Origin: an uncultured Gammaproteobacteria bacterium
Lineage (GTDB): Bacteria > Pseudomonadota > Gammaproteobacteria > Arenicellales > Arenicellaceae
Reading direction: 5' to 3'
Length of the DNA stretch: 64,000 bases
NCBI GenBank assembly: GCA_964455815.1
Contig: CAYVYS010000007.1
Coordinates: forward strand, 2,887 to 66,886
Part shown: positions 19,580-27,239 of the stretch, in pieces
Layout of the letters: each line of letters opens with the position of its first letter
Numbering within the stretch: position 1 is the stretch's first letter
Made by a program: the position numbers and the translations under genes
Notes under the pieces: model-generated
Seen by the model: only the letters and a program-made list of their open reading frames with translations
What the model was told of the DNA's origin: nothing
Databases searched by the model: none

Positions 19580-20403
19580 GTGTTTGGTCTTAGACGGATC
19601 AATCCTTCTTGCGCTGTTGATGCTACTAAGGTGCCATCTTCTCGATAGACCCGACCATAAGTAAAACCTCGGCCACCGCCAGTGGATTGCGGGCGACAAT
19701 CGTAAAACAGCCATTCATCAGCCCGAAACTCCCTATGAAACCAGATGGCGTGATCCAACGAAGCCATAATTAGTCGTTGCTGGTTTTTCTCTAAGTTTTC
19801 TTTGGTCAAACTATGTGGGTTTAACGCCGCACGCAATAAGCCCATGTCAGAAATGTAAGCCAATACCGAATGATGACAGGCCTGCTCAGCTGGCAACTCA
19901 TGTTTAGCTTTGAGCCAATATTGCACTGCATGTTCATTACTAACGCGATCATCTGGCAAAAAGTAGGCTTCAAAATAGTCGCTTTGAAAGGTATGTTGCT
20001 GAGGCAACTCTGATTCAAGTGCAGAACGCAAATCCTCTTTAGGTAGCTGGCCTTTGTCAAAGTGATCGACCCCGTCTTCTTGTTTTTGAAACGACGCTGA
20101 CAAGTGAAGAATCTGTCGCCCGTGCTGAATCGCAACGACACGACGACTCGAAAAACTACCGCCATCTAAGCTTCGATCTACTTCATAAATAATTGGCGCT
20201 TCAACATCGCCGCGTAATAAAAAGTAAGCATGCGCAGAATGGATAAAACGCGGCTCATCAAGTGTGTTGTAAGCTGCCTTAATTGCCTGGCCGAGCACCT
20301 GGCCGCCGAAAACTTGACCGGTTTTGAAATCTCGGCTTTGGCCACGAAACAAATTCTTATCGAGTTCTTCGCAGTTTAAAAAATCTAAAAGTGGGCTGTT
20401 CAT
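19576..20403 (-). CDS. tesB: Acyl-CoA thioesterase II
   Basis: VFGGQVLGQA, HAYFL, DGGSFSSRRV, LAYISD, SLDHAIWFH, LVASTAQEG. Confidence 0.93.
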   Translation of the reverse strand: MNSPLLDFLNCEELDKNLFRGQSRDFKTGQVFGGQVLGQAIKAAYNTLDEPRFIHSAHAYFLLRGDVEAPIIYEVDRSLDGGSFSSRRVVAIQHGRQILHLSASFQKQEDGVDHFDKGQLPKEDLRSALESELPQQHTFQSDYFEAYFLPDDRVSNEHAVQYWLKAKHELPAEQACHHSVLAYISDMGLLRAALNPHSLTKENLEKNQQRLIMASLDHAIWFHREFRADEWLFYDCRPQSTGGGRGFTYGRVYREDGTLVASTAQEGLIRLRPNT

Positions 20404-20429
20404 TAATGCGAGTACGAGAGTAGCGAACG

Positions 20430-20455
20430 AAAAACGGCTGACCGATGGCCAGCCG
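20430..20455 (-). terminator. Possible intrinsic terminator (minus strand)
   Basis: Minus strand CGGCTGGCC-ATC-GGTCAGCCG followed by TTTTT. Confidence 0.45.
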
Positions 20456-20481
20456 ATAATATGGATATCAAACGATCTTAG

Positions 20482-20639
20482 GGAAGCTCTGCAAAAATCA
20501 TGAATGGAAGCTTGACCATCAGTTTTCTCGAACTTTTTGTTGCAAAACTTGCCAATAGCTCGCTATTACCTGCATTTTGCGCCTCAATTTCGAAAAATCG
20601 GCTATCCAATTTTCTCACCCAGATTTTTGCAGAGCTTCC
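20482..20639. mobile_element. 158-bp MITE-like element with IS5-type ends
   Basis: Perfect 18-bp terminal inverted repeats GGAAGCTCTGCAAAAATC (20482-20499) / GATTTTTGCAGAGCTTCC (20622-20639). Flanks are TTAG (left) and TTTAG (right). Nested internal hairpins; no transposase. Confidence 0.72.
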
Positions 20640-20640
20640 T

Positions 20641-21039
20641 TTAGCTCGGTGGGTTATTTAAATCTAAGCCAGCGGCTTCGGCAGCTTTTTCGAAGTCTTT
20701 ACACTCAGCGGTATTTGGTTCACCTTCGCTTGCAACCAACTCCTCGCAAGATTGTTCTAGAACTGAATCAGAACATGCTTTGGCTTTCGATGTTAAACCC
20801 GCATCCTCGAAGGTTTGGGTATAGCTTTTTAGCATCACCTCGCATTGAGCATCAAACATAGCCTCGAACATTTTTTCCATCTCGGGAGGAAAGTTTGCTT
20901 CTTTCTTAGCTTCTGCCATTGCGCACTGTTTGATCTTACTGCACATCTTGCCGTACTCGATGCCTTCAGCGTTCGCGGTTCCGATCATAGTGATTGACGC
21001 TACCAATCCAATAGCTAAAAGGGTAAGACCTTTTTTCAT
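20641..21039 (-). CDS. Small secreted Cys-rich hypothetical protein
   Basis: GAGGA RBS, signal peptide MKKGLTLLAIG..ANA, six Cys in a helical mature region. Confidence 0.7.
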   Translation of the reverse strand: MKKGLTLLAIGLVASITMIGTANAEGIEYGKMCSKIKQCAMAEAKKEANFPPEMEKMFEAMFDAQCEVMLKSYTQTFEDAGLTSKAKACSDSVLEQSCEELVASEGEPNTAECKDFEKAAEAAGLDLNNPPS

Positions 21040-21114
21040 TGAGGAGTCCTCGTTCATGGGTGTTCGCAAACAGCATACCATTTTGTATGCTGCTTGCGTG
21101 TTCATAACGCCAAT

Positions 21115-22008
21115 TTAAGCTCGTTGTCTTTGTGGTATTTGTGGTATTTGGTGTTGATCAAAACCGAGCCTTTGACAAATCTCTGCCACCGGCTGGGTTT
21201 TGTTCAAGGTATAAAAATGCAAACCAGGCACACCACGATCCAGTAAATCCCAACAAAGCTGTGTTACCACATCTAAACCAAATGCTTTTAGCGAGGCTTC
21301 GTCGTTTTGATACTGTTCTAATCTTGAGATGATCCAACGAGGGATCTCAGCACCACAAGCTTTGGAGAATCGCACCAACGTTTCATAATTCACAATCGGC
21401 ATGATACCCGGCACGATGGGCGCATCAATGCCAACACGCTCGGCTTCGCGCACGAAGGCGAAATAACTATCCACATTATAAAAATATTGTGTGATTGCTG
21501 AACTCGCACCAGCGTCAAACTTTGCTTTGAAGTATTTTAGTTCACTACTTGGGTCGGTCGATTCCGGGTGCAACTCTGGGTAAGCCGCCACCTCTAAATG
21601 CAAGTCACCACCAAACTCTGAGCGAATAAAATGCAATAGGTTCTCGGCATAAGGGAATTCACCTCGATCAATATGATCTTTAGGTAAATCACCACGCAAA
21701 ACCACAAAGCGATCGATATCAAGCGCTAAATATGAATCTACTAGCTTGCAGATATCGACTTTTTGACTGCCAATACCAGTGACATGCGGCACCACTTGGG
21801 CACCGGAACTTTGCAGTTGCTTAACCGCTTCCATAGTGCCTTTTTGGGTACTACCCATCGCTCCATAGGTTACTGAAACAAACTGCGGAGCAAATTGGCT
21901 TAGTGTTTTATAAACATCAACTAGGCGCTCTGTACCAATCGCAGAGCGCGGTGGAAAGAACTCAAAACTGAGTTCAGGCCGAGGAGGCTCGGGATAAAAA
22001 TCGTTCAT
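21115..22008 (-). CDS. metF: 5,10-methylenetetrahydrofolate reductase
   Basis: SFEFFPP, VSVTYGA, VLRGDLP, VAAYPELHP, AITQYF, GIMPI, LHFYTLN. Confidence 0.96.
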   Translation of the reverse strand: MNDFYPEPPRPELSFEFFPPRSAIGTERLVDVYKTLSQFAPQFVSVTYGAMGSTQKGTMEAVKQLQSSGAQVVPHVTGIGSQKVDICKLVDSYLALDIDRFVVLRGDLPKDHIDRGEFPYAENLLHFIRSEFGGDLHLEVAAYPELHPESTDPSSELKYFKAKFDAGASSAITQYFYNVDSYFAFVREAERVGIDAPIVPGIMPIVNYETLVRFSKACGAEIPRWIISRLEQYQNDEASLKAFGLDVVTQLCWDLLDRGVPGLHFYTLNKTQPVAEICQRLGFDQHQIPQIPQRQRA

Positions 22009-22110
22009 AGGTCAAACTCCTACTACAGGTGTTCGACGCGCCCTGGAAATTGCGTGCACCAATCTAAACCAGCGCACCAAAGTAGGCTGCGCCAAACGAA
22101 TCCAGGACAA
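22009..22110 (-). promoter_or_regulatory. Candidate structured cis-regulatory RNA in the metF leader (unrecognised class)
   Basis: Stems CCUGGA/UCCAGG, GGCGCA/UGCGCU and GAUUG/CAAUU. Loop CCUACU is complementary to AGUAGG overlapping the SD (AGGAG). Confidence 0.4.
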
Positions 22111-22241
22111 ACAAGAAGCTTGTTTTAACCGGGTGATCTGCTGAACATCGCAATACGATGCATCAACTGATCTAATACAAATTTAAACAAGCAACTAAAC
22201 AAACGAGAACTGGCTAACAGCCAGCGCTCTATTCTGCTCCA

Positions 22242-23660
22242 CTAGTATCGATAGTGTTCTTGTTTGTATGGGCCTTCAACGTTAACGTTGATGTAATCAG
22301 CTTGCTCTTGAGTCAAGGTAGTCAACTTAGCACCGATTTTCTCAAGGTGCAGCCGGGCTACTTTCTCATCCAGATGCTTAGGCAGAATATACACTTTGTT
22401 ATCGTAGTCATCGCCTTTGGTCCACAATTCGATTTGCGCCAAGGTTTGATTAGTAAACGAATTCGACATTACAAAACTTGGATGACCAGTTGCGCAACCT
22501 AGGTTGACCAAACGCCCTTGTGCTAGAAGAATAATGCGCTTGCCGTCAGGGAAGATCACATGATCAACTTGATCTTTAATGTTCTCCCACTCTAAATCAC
22601 CCAGACCAGCAACGTCGATTTCATTATCAAAATGGCCGATGTTGCATACAATAGCCTGATCCTTCATGTTCTCCATGTGCTCGCGACGGATGATGTCGAA
22701 GTTACCAGTAGTAGTGACAAAAATATCAGCATCCGCTACGGCGTCTTCTAACGTCACTACTTCATAACCTTCCATCGCCGCTTGCAAGGCACAGATTGGG
22801 TCAATTTCAGTTACTTTAACGATCGCGCCCAAGCCTCTTAAAGAGGCTGCTGAACCTTTACCAACATCGCCATAGCCGCAAACTACCGCAGTCTTACCGG
22901 CAATCATGACGTCTGTCGCGCGCTTGATGGAATCCACCAAAGACTCACGACAACCATATAAGTTATCGAACTTTGATTTAGTCACTGAATCGTTAACATT
23001 GATTGCCGGGAAGGGTAATCTGCCTTCTTCAACCATCTTGTATAGGCGTGCAACACCAGTGGTTGTTTCTTCTGTAACACCTTGTACTTCAGCCAAGCGA
23101 CGCGAGTACCAAGTATTATCTTTAGCAAGTTGCGCCTTGATTGCAGCGTAAAGAAAGGTTTCTTCTTCACTGCCTGGGTTAGCTAAAATGCTGGGGTCTT
23201 GCTCGGCCTTGCTACCAAGAATAAGTAATAAAGTAGCATCGCCACCATCGTCCAGAATCATGTTAGGGCCAGTGTCGCCAGGCCAGCTCATAATTTGGTG
23301 TGTGTATTCCCAATACTCTTCGAGAGACTCACCTTTGTAGGCATAGACAGGAATATTTTGTGCCGCGATAGCCGCAGCTGCATGATCCTGAGTTGAGAAA
23401 ATATTGCATGACGCCCAACGCACTTCAGCACCCAATGCCACCAGTGTTTCGATCAACACCGCAGTTTGGATTGTCATGTGCAAAGATCCTGCGATCTTGG
23501 CACCTTTTAAAGGCTGCTCAGCGCGATACTCTTCTCGAATGGAAACCAGGCCAGGCATTTCGGTTTCGGCAATCGCAATTTCTTTGCGGCCGAACTCGGC
23601 TTCGTTAATATCTTTAACGTAGTAGTCAGAAAAATCAGGGATAGATGGATTTGCACTCAT
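22242..23660 (-). CDS. ahcY: Adenosylhomocysteinase (SAH hydrolase)
   Basis: [65 protein letters not shown]. Confidence 0.98.
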   Translation of the reverse strand: MSANPSIPDFSDYYVKDINEAEFGRKEIAIAETEMPGLVSIREEYRAEQPLKGAKIAGSLHMTIQTAVLIETLVALGAEVRWASCNIFSTQDHAAAAIAAQNIPVYAYKGESLEEYWEYTHQIMSWPGDTGPNMILDDGGDATLLLILGSKAEQDPSILANPGSEEETFLYAAIKAQLAKDNTWYSRRLAEVQGVTEETTTGVARLYKMVEEGRLPFPAINVNDSVTKSKFDNLYGCRESLVDSIKRATDVMIAGKTAVVCGYGDVGKGSAASLRGLGAIVKVTEIDPICALQAAMEGYEVVTLEDAVADADIFVTTTGNFDIIRREHMENMKDQAIVCNIGHFDNEIDVAGLGDLEWENIKDQVDHVIFPDGKRIILLAQGRLVNLGCATGHPSFVMSNSFTNQTLAQIELWTKGDDYDNKVYILPKHLDEKVARLHLEKIGAKLTTLTQEQADYINVNVEGPYKQEHYRY

Positions 23661-23691
23661 CTTTCATCTCCGGTTAAAAAGTTAATGAAAA

Positions 23692-23817
23692 ATGAGCGTC
23701 GTTGAACTTGTTAGATTCTAGCCGTTAATACATTCAAAACAGCATCGCTTGAGCCTAACGCTTTTTGAGTTTATCGATCGAGAAACTCGGTTTTAAGCGG
23801 TGCAACGCTCCTCAAGC
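23692..23817 (-). promoter_or_regulatory. SAH riboswitch
   Basis: Minus strand CTTGAG-GAGCGTTGC...AGG-CTCAAG...TTCAACGACGCTCA. P1 CTTGAG/CTCAAG and pseudoknot GAGCGT/ACGCTC match the SAH class; 30 nt upstream of the ahcY start. Confidence 0.9.
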
Positions 23818-23878
23818 CGGGCAGATTATAGGCAGTTGATCAACAAAATTCCAGTCAAATTAGGGCGTCTCTACCGAA

Positions 23879-24232
23879 TTAAAGCTGGCCCCAAATGGCA
23901 AATTCGTTGCCACTTGGCTCCTCAAAATGAAAGCGTCGACCTCCTGGAAATTCAAAAATCTCTTGCACAATCTTGCCACCATGGCGCTTTACTTTCGCTA
24001 GGCTCGCTTCAAGATCATCGCTGTAAAAGACTGTCAGAGCCGCTCCATCGGAGGTTTTACTGGCTAAATCAGCAAAATAGAAGCCACCCATAAGACCCTG
24101 ATGATCAAACGCGGTGTATTGATCACCATAATCTATAAAAGACCAGTCAAAGACATTCTCAAAAAATTGTTTGGTGGCTTTTAAGTCTCTTGATGGGTAT
24201 TCCAAATAATTTATCTTTTCGTGTTGGGGCAT
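23879..24232 (-). CDS. VOC (glyoxalase/bleomycin-resistance) family protein
   Basis: INYLEYP, FDWSF.DYG..Y, FEFPGGRRFHFEEPSGNEFAIW. Confidence 0.88.
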   Translation of the reverse strand: MPQHEKINYLEYPSRDLKATKQFFENVFDWSFIDYGDQYTAFDHQGLMGGFYFADLASKTSDGAALTVFYSDDLEASLAKVKRHGGKIVQEIFEFPGGRRFHFEEPSGNEFAIWGQL

Positions 24233-24312
24233 TAAGGCTCCGCGATTTCCGTACTTGCCTAGCTTAAATTATCACAATATCTATGGTAGCTTAGAGCTAA
24301 GAGGGTAGAAGA

Positions 24313-25545
24313 ATGAGATTTTGTCGAGGTGTATTAATAGTTTTGCTAAGCCTGTTATTGCAGGCTTGTGCGAGCACACCTTATAAAGGCAATGGCAAAC
24401 TCAATCCTGAATTAGAACATGTTTTAAGCTACAAGGAACGTTTAGAAGAGAATCACCCCGATCAACTCGATAAACTATTTTTCGTTCCAGATCAGATGCT
24501 CCAGGAAGTGCAGTCACGATTTGGGCATTTGCAAAGTTCTAGAGCCGCCAGCACTCTGGCAAAGTGGCTAATTGACCCCGATGGCTACAATCTGGTGTAT
24601 GACATCTCCGCCAATCTGAAACCGAGTAATGCTCTGGAAGAAAAGCGCGGAAATTGTTTGAGCTTTACGCTTTTGCTGATCGAGTTAGCAGATTCCATCA
24701 ATGTGGAAATTCGACCAAATCAAGTGGATTTGCCCGATACATGGGGCGACAGTGGCGAAGATAATTTGGTGTTCTATCGACACATTAACGGCATTCACAA
24801 AAACTACCGTCAAACGCAGGTTTTAGACTTGGCCATTCAAGATTACGACTTTGCCTACCCGCAGCGAGTTATCAGTAAAGAACATGCCGCTGCTTTACTC
24901 TTTAGTAACAAAGGTGTCGATGGCTTGAAGGAGAATAACTACGAAAAAGCTTTTCATTATTTGAAACTATCGATTTCGCATTACCCTAACAATCCCGATA
25001 TGTGGATTAATCTCGGCGCTGCGTACAAAAGCGCAGGCCAGCTCGATTTGGCCGAAGCAAGCTTCCTGCACGCTTTGGGCTTACGCGATCGCAACAACTT
25101 AGCCGCCAGTAATTTAGAGCGACTATATAGATCTGAGGGTCAACAGTCGAAAGCCAGGCATTACGCAAAAAAAGCCGAGCGGGCACGCAAACGAAACCCG
25201 TATTATCAGTTTAAGGTTGCGCAAAGCCGATTTAAACAAAGCCATTATGATGATTCACTTAATGCAGTGCAAAAAGCCATTCGCTTTCATAATAAAGATC
25301 ATCGATTCTTTGATTTACGCTCAAGAATTCATTTTGTTAAACGGCGCTATGTCGAGGCACTTAAAGACCTGGATAAAGCCTTTCGCCTAGCCAGAGAAGA
25401 CAGTTACCGCGAGGAATATCAAGAGCGAGTGCAAAACATTATTGCCCGCATTGAAAAAATTGCGCTGCAACAAGATGAAAATTCTGACAGCTACGATGGT
25501 CGCCAAGTTCGTTACGAGGACCTTATTCCGAAACTCGTTAACTGA
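24313..25545 (+). CDS. Lipoprotein with transglutaminase-like domain and TPR repeats
   Basis: Lipobox LQAC; GNCLSF..RHING..VLDLA (candidate Cys-His-Asp); TPR helices (PDMWINLGAAYKSAGQLDLAEASFLHAL). Confidence 0.75.
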   Translation: MRFCRGVLIVLLSLLLQACASTPYKGNGKLNPELEHVLSYKERLEENHPDQLDKLFFVPDQMLQEVQSRFGHLQSSRAASTLAKWLIDPDGYNLVYDISANLKPSNALEEKRGNCLSFTLLLIELADSINVEIRPNQVDLPDTWGDSGEDNLVFYRHINGIHKNYRQTQVLDLAIQDYDFAYPQRVISKEHAAALLFSNKGVDGLKENNYEKAFHYLKLSISHYPNNPDMWINLGAAYKSAGQLDLAEASFLHALGLRDRNNLAASNLERLYRSEGQQSKARHYAKKAERARKRNPYYQFKVAQSRFKQSHYDDSLNAVQKAIRFHNKDHRFFDLRSRIHFVKRRYVEALKDLDKAFRLAREDSYREEYQERVQNIIARIEKIALQQDENSDSYDGRQVRYEDLIPKLVN

Positions 25546-25557
25546 AACTCGTTAACT
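25530..25557 (+). repeat. 14-bp perfect tandem duplication across the stop codon
   Basis: GAAACTCGTTAACT occurs at 25530-25543 and again at 25544-25557, abutting the MITE target site. Confidence 0.85.
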
Positions 25558-25559
25558 AA

Positions 25560-25826
25560 GGAACCTCTGATTTAATCGAGTTTAGCCTGTGTTTGAGTCT
25601 CAACATGTTGATAATCAAGGCGCGCTGCGCCGCAGTTATTCGGCGGCCAAACATCGTAACGCAGAGTGTCAGCATTTGGAGCCAAACCCTTAAGGGACGA
25701 GTTTTTGCGCTTCCCACTCGGTGTTATCACTCAGATATTTGGAACAAGCAAATTACCATCATGAATGCTTTGATTGGCAAGCGCAAAAACACCGTCACAG
25801 GCAAAATCGATTAAATCAGAGGCTCC
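25560..25826. mobile_element. 267-bp MITE with IS5-type ends and 4-bp target duplication
   Basis: CTAA|GGAACCTCTGATTTAATCGA ... TCGATTAAATCAGAGGCTCC|CTAA. TIRs are 19/20 identical and the TSD CTAA fits the IS5 YTAR rule. Internal 18/21 inverted repeat; no transposase. Confidence 0.85.
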
Positions 25827-25834
25827 CTAAGTTC

Positions 25835-26944
25835 TTAGTCTACAGACGAGCGCTTAAACCAGACTACCCCATTCTGATCGTGCTCAGCGGTGGCACTTTG
25901 CTCGTCTACTAAGTAGTTCAGATGTGCCAGTGCTTCGCCAGTGGCAAATAATGATTCAACGAATGACAACTCGCGATTAAAGAGCACTTGTCGCGCGGTA
26001 GTTACACTAATCGCTTGTGGCGCTGCTGCTTCGAGCTTTTGTATAAGCAGTTGTAGTTGTTGATGATGACCATCGATCAGCTGTTGCATGCGCACATCAA
26101 TTCCGTAAAAGGGTTCCTGATGAGCGGGTAAGATCATTGTTTGAGAAGGAATAGTCTCTTTGAGACTGGCGCAAGAAGCTAACCAATCTTTTAATGGGTT
26201 GTCATTTCTGGTCGCCGGATAGACACTGATGTTCGATGAAATTCGCGCAATTGCCTGATCGCCTGAAATCAGCGCATCCAGCTCGGGGCAAAACAAACAG
26301 CTGTGTTCTGGTGAATGCCCATTACCGTGTACCACTTGCCATTCGCGGTCGCCGATACTAAAAGTATCGCCGGCTTGAATAAAAAAACTTTGCTCTTTTT
26401 GCAGGCGAGATTCAGCTGGTTTGTCCTCGCTATTCATAAATTGCAGATAGCGCTGCGAGTGTTCGCTCTCAAAACCGAGCTCTTTAGTAAATGCGCTAAT
26501 TTGATCAGCAAATAATTTCTGATCTCGATCTATCATGGCTCGATACGTTGCGAATTCTCCGCGACTAATAAACACCTCGCTATCGCATTGTCGGCTAAGC
26601 CATGCGGCCAAGCCGATATGATCCGGGTGATAATGCGTTACGATGATGCGGTTAACTGACTTAGGATCAAGAAAATTTTCAAACACCTGTCGCCAAACCG
26701 CTTTTGACGATTCATGGTCGTAACCAGTATCGACAATGGTCCAATGATCACCATCACGCAACAGCCATAAATTGATGTGGTCTAAGGCCATCGGCAAAGG
26801 TGTTCGCAGCCAGTAAACGCCATCAACCACCTCAAACGGCTCGCCAATCGGCGGGCTCCAGCGTAAGCCAAAAGGGTACTCTAAGCCCTCATGGGTTTCG
26901 CTTTGACCGGGCTGCGTGTGGTGATTAACTATTTGTTTGTTCAT
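25835..26944 (-). CDS. MBL-fold metallo-hydrolase
   Basis: THYHPDHIG, GHSPEH, SGDQ, PAHQ metal ligands; 'LPMALDHINLWLL..IVDTG'. Confidence 0.88.
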   Translation of the reverse strand: MNKQIVNHHTQPGQSETHEGLEYPFGLRWSPPIGEPFEVVDGVYWLRTPLPMALDHINLWLLRDGDHWTIVDTGYDHESSKAVWRQVFENFLDPKSVNRIIVTHYHPDHIGLAAWLSRQCDSEVFISRGEFATYRAMIDRDQKLFADQISAFTKELGFESEHSQRYLQFMNSEDKPAESRLQKEQSFFIQAGDTFSIGDREWQVVHGNGHSPEHSCLFCPELDALISGDQAIARISSNISVYPATRNDNPLKDWLASCASLKETIPSQTMILPAHQEPFYGIDVRMQQLIDGHHQQLQLLIQKLEAAAPQAISVTTARQVLFNRELSFVESLFATGEALAHLNYLVDEQSATAEHDQNGVVWFKRSSVD

Positions 26945-26984
26945 TTAATGCTCAGAAAAGGCTCAGACATTATTTGCATTGCCG

Positions 26985-27147
26985 TGACCAATTGTCATGG
27001 TGCGTATGATACTGAAATCGCTCAACGCTATCTGTGATTATTTTCATTAGAAAATAATCATTCAATCACCCAAAGTGAGCTAAGCCCCAATTTTTCTTAT
27101 ACGCAAAATGCGATAAGGCTATAATCCCTTATTCCTTTTAAGAATAA
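26985..27147. promoter_or_regulatory. Cluster of operator-like palindromes in the divergent MBL/cysI promoter (includes LysR/CysB-like boxes)
   Basis: TGAC-N5-GTCA (26985-26997), TGATTATTTTC-ATTA-GAAAATAATCA (27035-27060), CTTATACGCA-AAA-TGCGATAAG (27096-27117), TTATTC-N7-GAATAA (27129-27147). Confidence 0.45.
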
Positions 27148-27239
27148 AGCCCAGACGCTATATTAAGCACATATACAGGGGCGATGCGCCCTTTTTTCAT
27201 GTCTTATGGTTATTGCTTGCAGGCAAGTGGGATAAGCTT

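Noticed and set aside
22009-22110. SAM-II, SAM/SAH or ZTP riboswitch identity for the metF leader
   Set aside because: There is a partial resemblance (GCGCUG.UUUA..UGCA; CCUGUAGUAGGAG), but the class-defining nucleotides (such as the SAM-II 3' GCUAAA) are absent. It is reported as an unclassified candidate instead.
25593-25912. Short ORFs 25593-25814 and 25721-25912 as transposase remnants
   Set aside because: They lie in or run out of the MITE, have no DDE-like motifs or RBS, and are probably chance frames.
27035-27060. Fur box
   Set aside because: The best alignment to the 19-bp Fur consensus was only about 12/19 in AT-rich DNA; kept only as an unassigned palindrome.
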